A DNA stretch of 32,000 nucleotides from assembly GCF_000195855.1 (NCBI RefSeq), contig NC_002677.1, positions 30,001-62,000 of the forward strand, in the 5' to 3' direction. Both the position numbers and the translations under genes were made by a program. The notes below the pieces were generated by a model that was given only the letters and a program-made list of their open reading frames with translations, made no database searches and had not been told where the DNA came from. Position 1 is the stretch's first letter; every line of letters starts with the position of its first letter. Shown here in pieces: positions 29,559-32,000 of this stretch. The stretch comes from Mycobacterium leprae TN (GTDB taxonomy: Bacteria; Actinomycetota; Actinomycetes; Mycobacteriales; Mycobacteriaceae).

Positions 29559-31315
29559 TGACGTCCAGCTCTCTCAAAATCGTCGGACAGTGCTGCGGCC
29601 AGTTCGAGGATCCGGCGCCGGTAGAGGGGGTCGAGCCGGTCGAGTCGAATTTCGGTTCCGGCTGCGATGTGCTTGTCCCAAGGCAGTACCACAACCCGGC
29701 CGGGTTGAATTTGTTGTTCGAATTGTTGCACTAAATCTTTGCTAGCGATGTTGGGCTCTTTCGGCATGACGTGGTTAATCACCACACATGCACGACTCAA
29801 TAAGTCTTGATAACCGTTATGGCGTAGCCAGTCCAAGGCAATCGCAGCTTGCCGGGCGGCGTCGACCGACGTGCTGGTAACGATCACCACCCCGGACGCT
29901 GTCGAGAGCACACCGCGGGTGACCGGGTCGAACAAACCGACCCCGCAGTCGGCCAACATTACATTGTAGTACTTTGATACTGTCGCGGCAGCGAAATTCC
30001 AGTCCTCTCCGCTCAGGGCGTGTTGGGCTGTGCTGTATTCCGCTGCGGGGAGAACTTCAAGATTGACTGCATTTACGCTGGTGTGCGTGCGGATATCGTT
30101 GTAGGACTTCACATCTTTGTCTGCCAGCAGATCAGCGATGTTTGCTTCCGAAAAACGTCCCGCTCGGTCGGCGAGGTTTCCGCAGCTGGTATCTGCGTCA
30201 ACTACCAGAATCCGGTCGTTACGCACCCGAGCGAACATCGAGCCCAAAGTAACCGTCACGGTCGTCTTACCGGCCCCGCCTTTGAGGCCCAAGATCCCGA
30301 TCTGATACGAACCGCGGGGCGGTCGACGTACCCGCGTGCGCAAATCCAGCTCGTAGCGCTCGTCTGGTGACAGGCCCAGGTTTATCCGCGTCACGGTATG
30401 GACCCAATGCCGCCACCCTCGTTTAGCCACCACCTTGCTCGGCTTTTTGGCCCCGGTGCTCCGTCCTGTCTGCACGCCGATTGCGGATGTCGCAGTCGAA
30501 TCGTGCAGTGCGGTACGGTGACTTACCAGGCCATCAGGTCTGGTAAGATGTTGTGTCGGAGCCGGCTCTGCTGCGGCGTGGGGCGCCTGCCGCAGTTCAG
30601 CTGTCCTCGCGCGCGGCGCGATCATAGGCTCAGTTGCTGATGCCGGGTTGGCCTGTTGGGTTTCGTCGCGATGGTGGTGACCCCGGCGAGCGTGTCGTGA
30701 ATGTTGGTTCGCAGATGGACGCGGCGCTTCAGGCGGACTGCTCATTGGCCTCGGAAGCAAAGATGGTTTGGGTGTAGCCGGAGGCTGTGCTTCGAATTCA
30801 GCAAGAGAAGGTTCAGGCGAGGTGACCGGCGTTCGCTGGGATCCGTCGATTGGCGTCATCGGCATTGGCGTTGCAGGTTTGGCCGGGGAAGGCTCGTTGA
30901 TCGGTATCGGGACCGATGGGGGCTCGGCTTTAGCAAATTGATGTTCGGGTGCCTCCGCGGGTGGCCATTGCGGAGGTTCGCTGATTGGCATTAACGATGC
31001 TGCTGGCGAACGGGGAGGGGCGCTAACTGGCATAGGGGCCCGCGGAGATTCGGATGAGGCCGGCGGGGGTTGCACCGAGCTGCCGATGGGCATCGGGGGC
31101 AGAGGAGATTTGGATGCAGCCGGGGGGTTCGGCGGCAGCTGCTCTGACCAATCCGGCATTGGGGACGCAACTTCACCATTGGGCGTCGTAGTACAGGTTG
31201 GTATGATGGGTGGCGGATATAGTGGAGCATCGTCGAATAACTGCTCCGCTGCCTGATCTGGCGATGCGTAGGCACCATCGTCAAGCCGAAAGAGTTTGTC
31301 ATAATCGGCCGCCAT
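29555..31315 (-). CDS. espI: EspI (Rv3876 counterpart): proline-rich N-terminal region plus a C-terminal ParA/MinD-like P-loop ATPase domain
   Basis: Intact 586-aa ORF starting MAADYDKLFR. The Pro-rich half has recurring P-M-P-I/V motifs. The C-terminal domain has the deviant Walker A GLKGGAGKTT and a close match to EspI (QRGWRHWVH..TRINLGLSPDE.YELDL..RVRR.PRGSYQI...HTSVNAVNLEVLPA.EYS.AQ.ALS; AAALSDDFERAGR). It is shorter than the 666-aa M. tuberculosis protein, and the difference falls in the Pro-rich region. Confidence 0.92.
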   Translation of the reverse strand: MAADYDKLFRLDDGAYASPDQAAEQLFDDAPLYPPPIIPTCTTTPNGEVASPMPDWSEQLPPNPPAASKSPLPPMPIGSSVQPPPASSESPRAPMPVSAPPRSPAASLMPISEPPQWPPAEAPEHQFAKAEPPSVPIPINEPSPAKPATPMPMTPIDGSQRTPVTSPEPSLAEFEAQPPATPKPSLLPRPMSSPPEAPRPSANQHSRHARRGHHHRDETQQANPASATEPMIAPRARTAELRQAPHAAAEPAPTQHLTRPDGLVSHRTALHDSTATSAIGVQTGRSTGAKKPSKVVAKRGWRHWVHTVTRINLGLSPDERYELDLRTRVRRPPRGSYQIGILGLKGGAGKTTVTVTLGSMFARVRNDRILVVDADTSCGNLADRAGRFSEANIADLLADKDVKSYNDIRTHTSVNAVNLEVLPAAEYSTAQHALSGEDWNFAAATVSKYYNVMLADCGVGLFDPVTRGVLSTASGVVIVTSTSVDAARQAAIALDWLRHNGYQDLLSRACVVINHVMPKEPNIASKDLVQQFEQQIQPGRVVVLPWDKHIAAGTEIRLDRLDPLYRRRILELAAALSDDFERAGRH

Positions 31316-31405
31316 GAGAGCCTTTCAGATGTGTGGTCCAGTACACACGAGAAAAGGGCGAGATCCCTTGAAGTAGAGCCCGCCCCGATCTCGTGCGTGG
31401 GTATT

Positions 31406-31693
31406 CTACCCGGTGAACATACTCATGACGCCTGCCTCGGTCTGTTGCATCGTTTCAGCCGAGTGATTGATTGCTTGCACCAGGTCGCCCAGTGCATGGT
31501 TTATTCCCTCGGTGTTCTGGTTGAAACGTCGTTGGACTGACGAATAGGACTCGTTACCGGAACCATGCCACGAGCTCTGCAGCTTTGTGAGCGATTCTTG
31601 GCATTGCTCGAGCAACGCATCGATTCTGCTCTGGCTTCCTTGCAGTTCGTTGACGGCACCCTGTAGGGCAGGAAAGTGCCACGCCTGTATCAT
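31406..31693 (-). CDS. esxA: ESAT-6 homologue (WXG100 family ESX-1 substrate)
   Basis: Intact 95-aa ORF with the WXG motif as SSWHGSG and a C-terminal ...EAGVMSMFTG (M. tuberculosis ...EGNVTGMFA). GGAG lies ~9 nt upstream of the ATG. It sits 26 bp downstream of the esxB stop, the classical esxB-esxA arrangement. Confidence 0.95.
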   Translation of the reverse strand: MIQAWHFPALQGAVNELQGSQSRIDALLEQCQESLTKLQSSWHGSGNESYSSVQRRFNQNTEGINHALGDLVQAINHSAETMQQTEAGVMSMFTG

Positions 31694-31719
31694 CTCATGC
31701 TCCGTTCTTGGTGATTGGA

Positions 31720-32000
31720 TCAGAAGTTCATCTTCGAGGACAACAATTGGTTTGCTTCATCGTCGGTCTTGGTGTAGTTGCCGCCGGACCGGTTCAGCTT
31801 ATCGACGATGCTTTCCAGCTGTCTGATCTGGTCTTGCATGGCTTCGTCGAAGCGCCCCAACGCACCAAGGGCTGCCGAGGCGGCCTGGCCCTCCCAGGTG
31901 TTCTGAAAGCTCTGTCCGATGCTGTCAACAAAGTTCCGTTCTTGGCTGAGGCCGGACGCAATTTGATCGAACTGTGCTGCCTGCTGGGTGAGGATCGCGG
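31720..32000 (-). CDS. esxB: CFP-10 homologue, 3' portion only; the gene runs off the right edge of the window and is not in the ORF track
   Basis: My manual reverse translation from the TGA stop (31722-31720) gives ...AILTQQAAQFDQIASGLSQERNFVDSIGQSFQNTWEGQAASAALGALGRFDEAMQDQIRQLESIVDKLNRSGGNYTKTDDEANQLLSSKMNF(stop). It has a WXG motif (TWEG) and a CFP-10-like C-terminal tail (M. tuberculosis ...YSRADEEQQQALSSQMGF). Confidence 0.9.
   Translation of the reverse strand, partial: AILTQQAAQFDQIASGLSQERNFVDSIGQSFQNTWEGQAASAALGALGRFDEAMQDQIRQLESIVDKLNRSGGNYTKTDDEANQLLSSKMNF

Noticed and set aside
28993-31302. ORFs overlapping eccD1 and espI in other frames (28993..29421, 29231..29476, 30020..30370, 30701..30994 and 30991..31302)
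   Set aside because: Same reasoning as above. The proline-rich espI region in particular yields long open alternative frames by composition alone.
31345-31395. Possible terminator-like pairing downstream of esxA (CGAGATC 31359-31365 with GATCTCG 31387-31393; alternative CACGAG 31346-31351 with CTCGTG 31390-31395)
   Set aside because: The stems are only 6-7 bp with a 21-nt loop, the two pairings are mutually exclusive, and there is no U-tract on the transcribed (minus) strand. This is too weak to annotate.
1-32000. Search for CRISPR arrays, tRNA/rRNA genes, toxin-antitoxin or defence-type gene clusters, or an undescribed multi-gene system
   Set aside because: I saw no regularly spaced direct repeats, no cloverleaf-like or rRNA-like sequence, and no unexplained intact ORF cluster. 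Every intact gene has a well-known mycobacterial homologue, and the remaining space is attributable to pseudogenes, RLEP or an IS fossil, apart from the items listed as findings.

Overview
The window reads as Mycobacterium leprae-type chromosome, a GC-rich actinobacterial backbone heavily littered with pseudogenes. The species call rests on an RLEP dispersed repeat at ~9245-10010 that contains, verbatim, the RLEP PCR primer and probe sequences I recall from the literature. There are four blocks. (1) 1-9239 is syntenic with M. tuberculosis Rv0037c-Rv0041: intact UPF0301 protein, small membrane protein, Mtc28 antigen and leuS, interspersed with dead PPE, MFS and YfeH-like transporter genes. (2) RLEP sits directly after the leuS stop, at the junction with a different synteny block. 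(3) 10412-18700 is a colinear fossil of an ESX-2 type VII secretion locus: esxD, esxC, eccD2, mycP2, eccE2 and eccA2, all pseudogenes. It is followed by a short-chain dehydrogenase fragment and an IS110-family transposase fossil. (4) 20656-32000 is the distal half of ESX-1, with intact mycP1, eccE1, espL, eccD1, espI, esxA (ESAT-6) and the 3' part of esxB (CFP-10), but dead espB, espK and espJ. I recognised no tRNA, rRNA or CRISPR array. I found no support for a novel multi-gene system; almost everything has a known homologue. The unexplained items are a perfect 60-bp palindrome (15886-15945), two strongly AT-rich islands inside the ESX-2 fossil, and two perfect hairpin-forming inverted repeats inside the espK and espJ remnants. 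All homology statements come from reading translations against remembered family sequences, not from database searches.
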